The position numbers and the translations under genes are program-made. DNA of 64,000 bases from Eledone cirrhosa. Taxonomy: Eukaryota. This document shows, in pieces, positions 1 to 13,541 of this stretch. Within the stretch, counting starts at the first letter, position 1; each line of letters begins with the position of its first letter. A model generated the notes under the pieces. It was not told the origin of the DNA and did no database searches. It saw only the letters and a program-made list of their open reading frames with translations. Where the stretch lies: the NCBI GenBank assembly GCA_964016885.1, contig OZ024741.1:186372001-186436000 (forward strand). The letters are read 5' to 3'.

Positions 1-439
1 TTTTACCAAATGAAGAAACAATCATTTATTTCCGACATGGTTACAGTAATGCACCGTGTATTAGTGGAACCCACTTTGTGCCACACTTTATCAAATAGTG
101 CAGTCTGTAGGGTTTGTTTCCATCTCCTAAACACTTCTTTTACTGATCTATGATCTACTTGCCACCATATCCAACAACTTCCAGACTTATGTAAATAACA
201 CCACACTTTATTTTCCTCTAAACCTCACAACTATTCAGCCTCGGCACCTCACCAAATTATGCAACGAATCCTTCATCAACAGTAAAACATTTTCATCACA
301 ACCTTTCTTAGTTAACATTTAAGTATTTACATTACTTTATATTTACTATTATATTTTCATCTTAAAGTCTTAACTTCACATAATTATCTCAGATAATATA
401 ATTTATATGAGATTTTGATATTATTTATTTTGTGAACAA

Positions 440-540
440 TACCTTAATATCATTATGAGTGGCCGGTTTCAGCCGATTTGGACAGAAAGAGGAGAGAAAA
501 TTCTGGGTGAATGTCGCCGGTTGAAATGCTAAAGGGTTAA
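440..540 (-). mobile_element. piggyBac-like non-autonomous element terminus
   Basis: Ends in ...GCTAAAGGG|TTAA (minus strand TTAA-CCCTTTAGC), a piggyBac-type end plus target site; the other end is not identified. Confidence 0.4.
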
Positions 541-1072
541 ACCTGAACAGCTCACAAGTAGTAATAACTACAAATAATATGCAGCAAAATTACTGAGGGT
601 TCCCAATTGTGAACGTACATTTTTGATAAGGCTAACACTACATCTCGAAAACATGATTTTTTCTTCAGTTCCAGAAAATATTTCTTCCCTCTGCAGCAAT
701 TACTGCCCATCAACAAAGCTCTGATGATATCCACACTCGGAATATAATCCTAAATCGCAACCAGAGAAGAGCCATTCAAATGACTCGTAGACATGCTCCA
801 GTGAGTTGTTACAAGAAAAGCTTCTGCTCTTTGGAGATGTCTAGTCACATGTTACTTTTATACAAACACTTCCGACTCAGTCTGCTTTCATATTCATGTC
901 ACATATTCTGTATTTAGCGACTAATGTTTGTACCACACTGAGAACTCCATGCTGCCCTTCCTTCCTATAGTTTTGGCACTTTAGATTTGCTTGAAATATG
1001 CTCTGTTGTTTACCAGCTGTTGGGTTTGCATTGATGTTGTACATTATAATGTTGATGTTTGTTTATTTAAAG

Positions 1073-1219
1073 TACCGTATTTCCCGGCGCCAAAGATGCT
1101 TCGCCCTCGAGGATGCATCATAATTTTGACAACCAAAAATTTGAAAAAAAATAATAAACATCCTTCGGCTTCCAGGATGCATGGTAGATTTTTTAGACTT
1201 ATTTTAGGGAAATACGGTA
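1073..1219. mobile_element. MITE (Tc1/mariner/pogo-type)
   Basis: TA-CCGTATTTCCC at 1073 and GGGAAATACGG-TA at 1207-1219: perfect terminal inverted repeat with TA duplication, non-coding interior. Confidence 0.75.
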
Positions 1220-2019
1220 GGTTCTAACTATGAGTTTATGGTTAGGTTTGATTTGCGGTGTTGACTGTCTTATGATTTTTAATGCCATACTTATCCATTC
1301 GGTAACGTATTGCACTTGAATCTTGTAATATACGAATTGTGGTTTGTGAATTTTTACTGGTTACAGCATCCGTTGTATAAGTAAAAATGAAATTTGTCTA
1401 TGGCCTGTTCTACTAATTAATATATTAGAATATTTATTATTAACACATATCTATATTGCACGTAATATTCCCTTTTTCAAAACTTCTTTAGTGTACAAAC
1501 ATTTTTAATCTTTTATACGGACCTAATTGTCAACATATATTCTATATTTTTGAGGACACTCATGTCCTACATATATACATATAGACGTGTTATTTGTTAT
1601 GTTTGTTTGTTTTATATATTGAGTTACCATATGAGTTTTTCCTTATTCCTACATTTATGCTAAAGAATTGAATGGTATTATTGACTGTATTTATGCTGGT
1701 ACTATGATGCATTTTAAATTTTAAGGTTAAAATTGTTTTCGAAATCTTTCTGTCTATCCCCTTGCTCATCACTATTGGTCATAATAAGTATGTCATTAAC
1801 ATACCTGTAAGAAATAATGTTATGATTAGGAGCGACCTTATTTTCCACCTTATCTATAAAGAATGCCTCGAAGGAGTGCTAAAGAGGAGAACCCATTCCT
1901 AGAAAAGAATTCTCAGTGAGTATACCAACAAGAAATTCTAAAGGATATATGTTTGTATAATGGGTGTGTTATTATATCATCTCTATATACGTTGTCAAAC
2001 ATTACGTCAATGAAACATA

Positions 2020-2200
2020 CCCATCCAATGTGGAAGTGGTATCATGACTGGCGGGGGTAAAATCATACGGCTGGAATTTGCAGACGACATGGTGTTACTC
2101 AACTCGACAGAAGATGATCTTCGACTTGAACTTCATAGGTTTGATGCCGACTGCTGCATGCCTGGAATGAAAATCAGTGCTCCGAAAACTGAGACATTAA
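2020..2200 (+). mobile_element. LINE reverse transcriptase fragment (RTE-like)
   Basis: LEFADDMVLL...GMKISAPKTET, an RT FADD motif; resembles the 30240-31070 family. Confidence 0.75.
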
Positions 2201-2669
2201 GGATGCAAAATAATTGGTTGATCTGTTACAGCGGACACGGAAGTACGAGAATCTATCGTCGGTAGATTACTTATTATACACAGGAAAAGACTGCGCATTG
2301 CAATAAAGTTCTTGCAATGAAATACTAATAGCAAGATACATACAAAACATCAACAGCCTGCTAAAGGATGCGTAACATTATCTATACAATCTATGAGATT
2401 GTATAGATGTTTATGGAGATGTTTACTTCTAGGCTAATTAGAAGTTGTCAGAGAAAAGTTATCATAGTATTGTCATAGTATCATCCAATGCAATCCTTTT
2501 TCAAACCAATACTATGTGCACCAAAAATATGTAACACAGGAACCGAACGAACTTTTAAATTTTAAATTATTAATAAAATCAACATTCTGGGTTATAGTTT
2601 TTGTTTATTTATGTGTGTGTGTTTGAGTGAGAGAGGAGTAGAAAGAGAGCGAGCGCGAAGGTGCATATA

Positions 2670-2945
2670 TTAATGGCTAGAGCGTTGGATTCGCAATCGG
2701 AGCAGGTGCTGCATTGTGTGCTTGAGCAAGACACTTTATTTCACGTTGTTCCAGTTTCATCAGCTGTAGAAATGGGCAGCAGCGACACTGGCACCAAAAT
2801 GTTTTATCTATTGCCTTTCCTTTGAACAACATGAGTGGTGTGGTGAGCGGGGACTGGAATACATGGGCGACTGCTGGTCTACCCAAACAAACTTGCCCAG
2901 ACTTGTGCCCCGGATTGGAACATTCTAGGAACAAATCGTATTGTC
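2670..2945 (+). mobile_element. tRNA-derived SINE, degenerate
   Basis: Shares TTGGATTCGCAATCG and CTTGAGCAAGACACTTTATTTCACGTTG with the copies at 16037 and 47570. Confidence 0.7.
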
Positions 2946-2978
2946 ATTCGTAACCGAAGGGTGTATTTACCCTATATG

Positions 2979-2983
<5 letters not shown>

Positions 2984-3047
<64 letters not shown>

Positions 3048-3239
3048 TTATATATTTATATATATATATATATTTATGCATACATATATATATATATGTA
3101 TATATATGTATATATATATTTATGCATACATATATATATTTATGCATACATATGTATATATATATATATATTTATGCATACATATATATATATATGTATA
3201 TATATGTATATATATATGTATATATATATATATATATAC

Positions 3240-3295
<56 letters not shown>

Positions 3296-3330
3296 AGATA
3301 GAGAGAGAGAGAGAGAGAGGAAGAGAGAGG
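2984..3330. repeat. compound (TA)n/(TG)n/(GA)n microsatellite
   Basis: Directly visible; representative of dozens of similar tracts in the window. Confidence 0.95.
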
Positions 3331-3526
3331 GTGTGTAACATATATACATACACATGTACTTATATATAGGACAAAGCATGCTGTGTAAGGGGTAGGAATG
3401 AGAATAAATATTGTTGATGGCATATTATAGAAAATGGATTCCACATCTCATTAACAAAAAAATCCGTATATTCTCTTATCACCAACCCGATTCCCGCTCA
3501 ACGTATTAAGTTATAGTAAAACCATT

Positions 3527-3533
3527 AGATAGA

Positions 3534-3568
<35 letters not shown>

Positions 3569-3605
3569 GTAAATAAATAAATAAATAAATAAATAAGTAA
3601 GTAAG

Positions 3606-3644
<39 letters not shown>

Positions 3645-3662
3645 AATAAATAAATAAGTAAG

Positions 3663-3701
<39 letters not shown>
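3527..3701. repeat. (AAAT)n microsatellite
   Basis: Directly visible. Confidence 0.95.
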
Positions 3702-3702
<1 letters not shown>

Positions 3703-3945
3703 CAATGGCATTTCCAATGATAGAATCGTAGCACTCATCTTACGAAAAAGCTTTTATGCCAAGAGATGGGTTCATTAGGTACAGATGACATCCTATGAAT
3801 ATGTGTAAATGGTGCTGATGTATTATTGTACTATGGATATGTTGCGATGGAAGTTGGAGTGATGTTCTAAGAATTAATTTTATATTGTGTTCAAAAGTAT
3901 GACACATATACATATGCTTTTGTATGTATCCATACATATTCACAA

Positions 3946-4034
<89 letters not shown>

Positions 4035-4106
4035 CATATATATATAGGAAGAGAGAGACAGAGAGAGATAGGTAGAAAGATGGATAGATAGATATACAGA
4101 CACACT

Positions 4107-4419
4107 CAGAACTTGATATGAATTAAAATATGGGACAATATTTTTCAATGAGCATTTAAATGTACACACACACACACACAAACACACAAACGCAAAAACA
4201 CACTAACACGAACGCACACACTCACACAAACGCACACACTCACACACACACACATATATGTGTGTGTGTGTGTGTGTGTATGTTTGTGTGGGTGTAGGTG
4301 TGTACATTTAAATGTTCATTGAAAAATATTGTCCCATATTTTAATTCATCACAAGTTCTGTTTTTCAACGAACATTTAAAAGTACACACACACACACATA
4401 CAAACACACACACACACAC

Positions 4420-4451
<32 letters not shown>

Positions 4452-4607
4452 TTGTGTGGGTGTAGGTGTGTACATTTAAATGTTCATTGAAAAATATTGT
4501 CCCATATTTTAATTCATCACAAGTTCTGTTTTTCAACGAACATTTAAAAGTACACACACACACATACATACACACTCACACACCCATACAAATATACACA
4601 CTCACAG

Positions 4608-4651
<44 letters not shown>

Positions 4652-4782
4652 CTATATATGTATGTTTGGGTGTGGATGTGCATTTAAATATATATGTGTG
4701 TGTATGTTTGTATGGGTGTGGCTGTGTACGTTAAATGTTCGTTGAAAAATATTGTCCCATATTTCAACTCATCACAAGTTCT
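4107..4782. repeat. ~60-bp unit repeated four times (one inverted, three direct) among CA/TG tracts
   Basis: GTGTACATTTAAATGTTCATTGAAAAATATTGTCCCATATTTTAATTCATCACAAGTTCTG at ~4300, ~4468 and ~4725; reverse complement at ~4107-4170. Confidence 0.9.
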
Positions 4783-4894
4783 CCGTATGTGTGTCATTAT
4801 CGAGATTCACAAAGCCTACTTATAGATTTTCTACTAGAATAATCAACGTCACCCTTGTTAAGATATCGCTATACAAAAATGATGGTGCTACATT

Positions 4895-5045
4895 AAGTAC
4901 AAGGCCAGCTATTTGAAGGGGTGGGGAAAGTCGATTAAATCAAACCTAGTGCATAACTGGTGTTTTATTTCATCGGCCACCTAACGATGAAAAGCAAAGC
5001 TGAACTCGGCGAGATTTGAACTCAGACCGTAAAGGGTCATCTCTC
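4895..5045 (-). mobile_element. abundant SINE family copy (GGCACAAGGCCAGC...GATTTGAACTCAGA type)
   Basis: Same core recurs at ~7215, 7565(+), 11005, 19335, 20620, 38440(+), 42180, 42558, 44285, 46388, 47820 and 49112; B-box-like GAGTTCAAATCC on the sense strand. Confidence 0.75.
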
Positions 5046-5634
5046 TATGGGCATAACAAATAATAGACAAAATATGAAGTGTATATATAATTTAAATGAG
5101 TAACTCTCATACAGTCAATTCATGCAGTCTAAAAAAGAACTTAAGTGAAAGGGTTATTCGATTTAATTCATTTTAGTTTTATTTTAATTGACTTTCTTCA
5201 GGGAATGAATAACAGTTCCCATGAGACTTATCAAAATATTCTCAATGAGTGGGTGGTAAGGAGTGTGGTGGTGAAAGAGGAAGGTATCCCCATGCAAAGA
5301 GATCTGGTCCACATGCTTGCAACAGAGTGGATTTCACTAACGATAGCAAAGTGCGAGGGGTTGCTTTTAAACCTGGCGATAATTGTTTCTACTAACCGAG
5401 CAGTTCACATCTGAGTACCGAAATAAATCACACATGGCTTTCTATTATACTATAATTGTTTCTACTTTTGGCACAAGGCCAGCAAGTATCCCAGTGTATT
5501 TGGCATTCACCTCTACCATTGAAAATGGTTTTAAATTGAAGTCTCCATAATTAAACTTTAATGAAAATGAAATGATTGACACACGAGAGTTGGCTGAAAG
5601 TTTCGTTGGAATGTGTCCAAATGAGATTTATTTT

Positions 5635-6400
5635 TCAACTCCACTTGCACCCCATACACTTTTTCCATTGGTGTTGCAGTGCTTGGAGCCTATTGGTTAA
5701 GGAGCTTTCATCCTGTTGATCCAAAAGATCATCAACAGCAGATATGATATCATCCTCACTGAGATATTGGTTCCCAGCCAAGTGTTTGGGTTTTTTCATA
5801 CTGGGGAACAGATAATAGTCAGGTGGAGCCAAATTAGGAGAATAGGGAACAGTTCAAAACAGTCATACGCAGCAGCCTTTGAAACCAAGGATTTGTATGC
5901 TGGACCATTGCTCAGATGAAACAAGACCGCTTTCGTCAGTTTTCTTGGGTGTTTACTTTTGATAGCTTTTTCGTAATTGTCCCAGCATGTTGGCATTGTA
6001 CCCTCCATTGAATATAAGGCCCTTTTGATGCCTTTTGCATCCAAAAAAGCCTGAGGCTATCACATTCTCTACAGATGAAATGATATTGGGCTTCTTTGGA
6101 GCAACTGAGAAGGCGGGTGTTTCCACAACATTTGTTGTCTCTTTGTCTCTTTGTCTCTTTGTCTCTGGCTCAAAGTGATGAATCCATCACTCATCCTGGG
6201 TTTGGGGACGTTCATGAAAACTAGCTGTATCTGGCTGAGATACTGACAGATATTTCCTTCGTGTGATCAGCCCGGAGCCCTTTTGACCAGTTGTCAGAAG
6301 ACGTGACTCTCACCGAGCAGAAACCTTCGTCGTGCCAAGTTCATTTTGCACAATATTCTCCACTCTCTTGCGGGATATGCTAATAGCATTAACACCACGA
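5635..6400 (-). mobile_element. mariner transposase pseudogene fragment
   Basis: APPDYYLFPSMKK..LAG...LQALQHQWKKCM matches the mariner C-terminus (SPDLAPSDY(H)LF family); upstream VLFHLSNGPAYKS matches the HDNA region; frameshifted. Confidence 0.85.
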
Positions 6401-7214
6401 TGCCAAAGTTTGTCTAATTTCACGTCGCTACTAGTTACATAAGAAGTCCTTTTTGAGCAGACAGTTTACCGGCAATAAAACAAGGAAAATATTAATAAGT
6501 AGAGTTGAAATTAATGCATGCAAGATTCCATAGCTCTAGCATCACCCCCCCCCCCTCCCCCATAGTATGTAATGAAACTTGCAGCCCACCCTTGTAAAGT
6601 GTTGTAACGGGTGTGCCAAGCAGCAAAGCATGCACCCAAATATTCGGAAAACGTCATTAATATTCAGATATTTTTGAAAGCCCAACAATTTATTATGAGT
6701 AAAAGAAATATTTGTAATTTTTTAAAGAAAGGTTTAGAAAGTCATACTGTTATTATTATTATTTAATCACTATGCTACATTTAATGGGGAATGGAGGTCC
6801 TTTTTTAATATATCTTTTCAAACAACAGAATCAAAAAGGAATGGTACATACAATTGAAGAAGAATATTTCATAACAACTGTTAAAAAAAGTCGTAAAAGC
6901 CTGTAAGGAGAAGAATTCTGAGCCTATTCTTAAGTATCAATTCAGAAATATGCCGTATTTATACAGCTGGGGATTTTGGAAAAACGATGACCTCATAACT
7001 TTCATAGTGTAAGTTTTCTATTCTATCCAGCAAGACGATTCAATGTTTAGTGAGTTTAATATTCTCACGACCTATTTAATTTACTAAACTTACAGTAAAA
7101 ATCAAAATGTGCATATTCGACGAATAACTCTTTGCAAACAGTTTAAGTGTGTGACAAGATTCTTCTTTGTTGGGTGGGGCTAGGATTTGAGAAAATATCA
7201 TATTTCTTAATAAC

Positions 7215-7370
7215 TGTTTCTACTTTTGGCACAAGCCAACAATTATCTGATGTTTCATCCGTAAGGATATAAAGGCAAAGTTAACCTCGGCGGGATTTAA
7301 ACTCAGACCGTAAAGGGCCGTAACTCTTGCTGCAAAGCATGGCGTCTGACCCTCTACCGATACTATTACT
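7215..7370 (-). mobile_element. abundant SINE copy
   Basis: GGCAAAGTTAACCTCGGCGGGATTTAAACTCAGACCGTAAAG core. Confidence 0.75.
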
Positions 7371-8221
7371 TCTATCACACAAACGAACCAGGTTGTTTTA
7401 AACCGGACGAGGGTTTAAGTGTACCTCAGATATAGATATTAGTGTGGTTTGAATTCAGAATGCAAAGAAATAAAAGATATTTTAAGAGAAAAGAAACACA
7501 AAAAATTAAAATGAAGTGGAAGAAGTTTGCTGGCCTTGTGCTAAAAAATAGAAACAAGTATGATAGGTGTAGAGTGGCAGAATCATTAGAACGTTGGACA
7601 AAAATAATTTGCAGTATTGAGTTACGGCTCTTTATGTTCTAAGTTCAAATCTCTTTGAGGTCAATTTTCCCTTTCATCCTTCCAAGGTTGTGGAATAAAA
7701 TAACTGTCAAGTAGTGGTTTCGGTAATTGGGTTTTCCTCTAACCTCAAGTAATTAGCCTTGTGGCAATGGTAGACAAAATCATAGATAGTTCTTTGTACT
7801 GCATCTAAGATGTTTTCAAACTTCTCCAATTCTTCGTAAATTAACCAACTTTTTACACTTCTCATTTTAGGCGTATACCTTATAAAATGACAGTAAGTGG
7901 TGACTAGACATGCTTCAGTGCAATGGTTCAAATGGCTCGTTCGACATACAAGACATGTTTCATTCGATTCTCACAGGCGTCCCTGTTCACAAATTTCCGC
8001 CACCTGCAGTGTTTCAGCCAACTTATAGAACTTTCGGGCCAATATGTTTTCAAGTTACGAATTACTCCCATTGCTTTCTAAATATAATTAATTGTTTACT
8101 GTCTATGATTTAGATCATTGCAACGATATTCTGACCAGAATCAACAAAAACACTATAAGAAAATCTGCAAAGTATTCAAAAATAGTCAGCAGACAAACAC
8201 ACATACACACATGAATGTATG

Positions 8222-8280
<59 letters not shown>

Positions 8281-8431
8281 GTGTGCGTGTGTACGCATGT
8301 GTGTGCGTGTGCCTGTTTGTCTATTTCTCCCCGCTCTCAAGCGTGAAACTAATACTAATATCATTTATACTGCCTCTCTGTTTTTTGTTCTCTGTGCATT
8401 TATTAAATTATATATATATATATATATATAA

Positions 8432-8690
8432 TTTAAGTATATAGTAAGTATGTTTTGAAACAGCGGGCGAGTTTCGAAATTAGAAATAGAAGCGTCGCCA
8501 TATTATTTTACTAAAGAAATTTTACCCCGATAGTGAGGTTTAGAACCCTCTAAGAAATGGAAAAAGATGAGTATTGTACGTCAATACTAATCTTTATCCA
8601 TTTCTTAAAGGGTTCTAAACCTCACTATCATGCTAGAATTTCTTTAGTAAAAAAAATACGGCGAAAGCTTCTATTTCTAATTTTTATACA
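8432..8690. mobile_element. (TA)n-embedded palindrome plus tail unit
   Basis: Inverted arms 8477-8576 and 8582-8683; unpaired tail 8432-8476; TA runs on both sides. Confidence 0.85.
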
Positions 8691-8712
8691 TATATATACA
8701 TATATATATATA

Positions 8713-8890
8713 TTGGAAAATTTGTGAGATCTTAGGTACAGTTAGGTATATTTTAAAAAAAGGAAAAGAATGACTTCACTTGTAGTGTTAAATAATTTGA
8801 TTTAATTTTATATTATAATAATATTATAAAATTAAATCAAATTATCTAACCCTACAAGTGAAGTCATTCTTTTCCTTTTTTTCAAATATA
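8713..8890. mobile_element. (TA)n-embedded palindrome plus tail unit (family shared with 34585-34810)
   Basis: Inverted repeat 8747-8890; tail TTGGAAAATTTGTGAGATCTTAGGTACAGTTAGG is the near reverse complement of the tail at ~34777-34810. Confidence 0.85.
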
Positions 8891-8951
8891 TATATATATG
8901 AGAAACGTAAAATAAGAAAATTATAGTAATTAGCTTACTTACTTAAATTTC

Positions 8952-9023
8952 ACTCCAACTATTTAGTTTCTGAAAGGGAATATACATTGAGAACATGGAG
9001 AAACCTTTTCGTCATCAGGGAGT
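8952..9023 (-). ncRNA. type I hammerhead ribozyme motif
   Basis: Minus strand: ACTCC-CTGATGA-stem II-GAAAC TAAATA GTT-GGAGT. Confidence 0.75.
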
Positions 9024-9065
9024 CATTCTGTGTCCACGCATCGCCAGGTATCTTAGCTGAGAATG

Positions 9066-9137
9066 ACTTCCTGATGACGAAAAGGTTTCTCCATGTTCTC
9101 CATGTATATTCCCTTTCAGAAACTAATTAGTTGGAGT
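9066..9137 (+). ncRNA. type I hammerhead ribozyme motif
   Basis: ACTTC-CTGATGA-(GAAAAGG...CCCTTTC)-GAAAC TAATTA GTT-GGAGT; stems I, II and III pair. Confidence 0.75.
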
Positions 9138-9405
9138 GAAATTTAAGTAAGTAAGCTAATTACTATAATTTTCTTATTTTATGTTTTTCATATAATTGTT
9201 CTGCATCCCCTTGCATTGAACCACAAAGTTACTAAGACAAAACCTATATATTTGCCTGCATAGGTATACATCTGTATATATATGTTGGTAGATATACTAA
9301 TTCTTTATAATTATCTCCAAATTATTTTGTTGAGCAAAAATTTGCCAAAATTACTATTATAGTTCATAGTAACAGCTTGGTTACTGTCTTTTTAACACCC
9401 CACTC

Positions 9406-9956
9406 AAAGCCAACTACTCCTACCGTTTGATAAGCATCAATAAATGCAGAAACAAGGCCTTGTCAGCTTTATCTCCCCCTGTTTGCTGAAATTAAAGTAA
9501 GTGAGCCTGTCACTACTCTAAAACAATAGCGTAAGGTCTTCAAAATGCTTTTTATTAAGCATACAGTGTATTGCAAAATACACTAATATACATTGATATA
9601 TATATATAGCTATTTCAGAGCAACAATTCTAATTTTTAATTTCTGCTTGACCCTCAACCGCTCTGTATAATCAGTTCCTGATTATTTACTAGAATTCTAT
9701 AAGAACCAAAACATCCAGGTTCTTAGCAAACGGGAGGAGTAGTTGGCTTTGATAAGCATCAATAAATGCAGAAACAAGGCCTTGTCAACTTTATCTCCCC
9801 CTGTTTGCTGAAATTAAAGTAAGTGAGTCTGTCACTACTCTAAAACAATAGCATAAGGTCTTCAAAATGCTTTTTATTAAGCATACAGTGTTTGCAAAAA
9901 TACACTATATATACATTCATATATATATAGCTATTTCAGAGCAACAATTCTAATTT
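9406..9956 (+). repeat. ~210-bp direct duplication with a short inverted junction (pLTR-like partial tandem)
   Basis: 9427-9635 matches 9749-9956; 9406-9434 is inverted relative to 9722-9750. Confidence 0.85.
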
Positions 9957-10252
9957 ATATATATATATAAAAAGAATAAACGGAGGAGAAGGCAATGCGT
10001 TTAAAATCGAGATGAAGATATAAAGTTTAGTTTTAAACGTATTGCCATTTCTTCTATTTAATCTGTTTATACTTGCTCTGCTTACCTTCTGCGCTTAATC
10101 TTCATTAAATATTACCCTTTCTATAATATTTAACATTGCACCCCTAAGTATTGAGCACACTTCGCTTCGGCTATTGTCGTCTAGTATACCGTATCACACT
10201 TTTTTCTCTCTCCTCATTTCTCATGATACATATCTCTTCTTTTATATATATA

Positions 10253-10684
10253 TCACAGAAAAAAAGAGAATCAGTGTTGCGACGAATGGAATTTATTGGA
10301 CATATTACAATCGTCTCTCTGGCGACCAGCACGATCGATTTGATGATTGAACCTGACTCTGAAAATTGCAAGGTCCTCAGATACTTCTTGATTCTACGAA
10401 GCCGATTTTCCTTTTCTTAAAGTCTTCTTAAAGGGATAGGAAAATCTGCTTCGTAGAATCAAGACGTATCTGAGGATCTTGCGATTTTCAGAGTCAGGTT
10501 CGATCATCACATCGATCGTGCCTCGAGCTGGTCGCCAGAGAAACGATTGTAATATGTCCAATAAATTCCATTCGTCGCAATACTGAATCTCTTTTTTTCT
10601 GTGAAATCATACTCTGCTCTATGAGAGCATCAAGTGCTCATACCGCCTACCGCATACGGACGCTTTAAGCATCCAACACCAATG

Positions 10685-10685
<1 letters not shown>
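10253..10685. mobile_element. (TA)n-embedded palindrome plus tail unit with hammerhead
   Basis: ~160-bp arms spanning 10253-10604; tail 10605-10685. Confidence 0.9.
10463..10558 (+). ncRNA. type I hammerhead ribozyme motif with long stem II
   Basis: GACGTAT-CTGAGGA-TCT...AGA-GAAAC GATT GTA-ATATGTC; 7-bp stem I; the left-arm copy has GAGAC instead of GAAAC. Confidence 0.7.
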
Positions 10686-10763
<78 letters not shown>

Positions 10764-12604
10764 TATATATATATATATATATTGGTATAGGACGAAAAGG
10801 AAAGTGTGGGTGTGTTGCCTTAAAATCTGTACCCATTGATCTTTTCTTTGGGGAAAAATTGAAAAAGTTTCAAAGGATAAAAATTCAACAATATATAGAT
10901 ATATCTAACTTCTTTCTAAAAGTAAATAATCTTCAAAATTCATCTTTAATAAACACAATGAAATAAAAAGCAGAAAAGAAAAGAAAAGAAGACCAACTAC
11001 AATCCCATAAGAATGAAAAGCAAAGCTAACCTTGGCGGGATTTGAAAGCAGAATATAAAGGTATGTAGCCCTATGCCAGAAGGCATGTTGTCTGACGCTC
11101 TACCGATACTCCCAGTCCATCACCAGAACACTGCGTGACCAATTACAGCGGCACCACTTGTTACATTTTCTACTGGTTTAGTCATCTATCTAGGCTCCAG
11201 AAAATATTTTGCGGGTGGCTGGAGTATCGTCAGGAATATTGAGAACCGTACCTTCATATGAATTATTTTTGGACACAGAACATAAATAGAAGTATCAAAT
11301 GAGGCAAATTGATTCATCTCATAATTTACTGTTGTAACGATATCCCACATAGTCAACTAACAACATTTCAAAAAGAAGGATAATGTTTGAAATCAATTTG
11401 GAACTAAAAATTTGGAAGATTAATGCCACCCCAACAGGATTTGAACTCAGAACTTAAAGGTAATACAAGAAGACAATGTGTCTAGAGTTTTACATATTTT
11501 ACCACCTCACCCCTTATCATTAGTTTCTTATTATAATTTGAAACCTAGGAAGAAGGCCACATATTTCCTCTCTATTTATAATATAATAATTATCTCCCTT
11601 CCTTTCTTTTCCATTCCAATTTTTACTACCATTTTCGTTATATTTCTGTCATTGTCCCTTGTGTTCTGTTCTACATACCATTTATGTTTCTGGTTGTTTT
11701 CGAGGGTGGGGTCCTCTATTAACACTCCTTCCCTTAACCCTTCTGACCTTAAAAAAGTAAAGTTTTCTTTTCTTTGCTCCATTCATCTAACCGTTCCCCT
11801 GATGTATATGTCATTACAAATTATTTCGTATTTAAAATTTCAGAACTAATTGACTAGCTAAATAAATGAATAAAAGACAACAAAATTAAAAGAACAAAAC
11901 AGATAAATTAATAAATTTAAATTAAAGAAAAATTAAATTAGACATTTCCTAAAAATTATCTTTCTCTTAGTATCAGTGTGCCTGTTCATTCTATTTTTTT
12001 TTCTTTTCTTTTTCTCTATGCCTCTGTCCTCCTCTCTCTGTCATGCAGATCGCCGCCACTCCTACATCTCCTTCGCTCTGACAGAAAAAATAAATCCCCT
12101 CAGCTAAGTCGGTCAAATATCCAATATAAAAAATATGGGGTCACTGAGTACATTTTACTAGCGATGTTTCTCTATCTTCCTTCTGCAAGAAGAAAGGAGG
12201 TAGAGGGAAACAAGAGATTCTCTAAAGCTATGTTCTTTCTTTATAGGAATTATTTGTTTGGGATTAATAAAAAATAAATTTCCCTTTCCACGTCATATCA
12301 AATCATGAGTTGGAAAACAATGATTAAGTTATTGTTAATATATTCAATATTGAGATCATAAAAATTAATTGAAATGTTTACGTGGTGAAGAAAAGGAGTT
12401 AAAATCTGATAGACATTTGTTTAATAATTTCGACAAGACTCTGTAACCTGCTTCGATACCAATACAGAACATCTTGAGCAAGAGTTCTCCACCATTGACT
12501 CTGGTTTAACTCTTACTGTCAGGCAAGAAACAAAATAACGAGAAGTAAATCGATTAATTACGATGACAGGAAAGTTTATTGATGGAAACTGAAACTACGG
12601 AATC

Positions 12605-12930
<326 letters not shown>

Positions 12931-13070
12931 ATATATTGATGATTACACATGTGTTCGACGAAAGAACTCTGTGAGATTATATATATATATATATTCATAT
13001 CTATATTTCTAACTGTTGGGCAATCAATGATAACCATTGATTGACAATTTTAAACTAACTATAGGGATAT

Positions 13071-13541
13071 AAAATATACGGAAGCGAAAACCAACCTAAA
13101 CCAAACAGTGAGTGTTTTAGAATTTGAAATTAGATAGTGAAAATAGTGCCACCGTTGTGTTTTGACTAAATAAATTAGCCTAATAATTTTGGAGTTGTAA
13201 AAACCCACAGAAATGGAAAAAAATGAATGAGCATTAGCGTTCATGGGACACGAACCTAGACCTCTGGCTACCATTACACTAATACGCTACCCACACGTTT
13301 ATCTTATATATATGTATTCATAGACTATGATTATATAGCTTCAAATTTAATGGAAACTTGTGTGGGTGGTGTATTAGTATAACGATAACACAATGGCCAT
13401 AGTAGCCAGAGATGTGGGTTCGTGTCCCATATACGTCAATGTTCATTCATTTTTTCCATTTCTGTGGGTTTTTAAAGCTCCAAATTAATAGGCTAATTTA
13501 CTTTGTCAAAATACAACAATGGCACTATTTTTACTATCTAA

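Larger units (their letters stand above)
8896..9245. mobile_element. (TA)n-embedded palindrome plus tail unit with a hammerhead in each arm
   Basis: ~130-bp arms 8896-9029 and 9060-9194; tail 9195-9245. Confidence 0.9.

Noticed and set aside
9971-10070. Short imperfect inverted repeat after a TA run
   Set aside because: Probably an old member of the same class, but too degenerate to delimit
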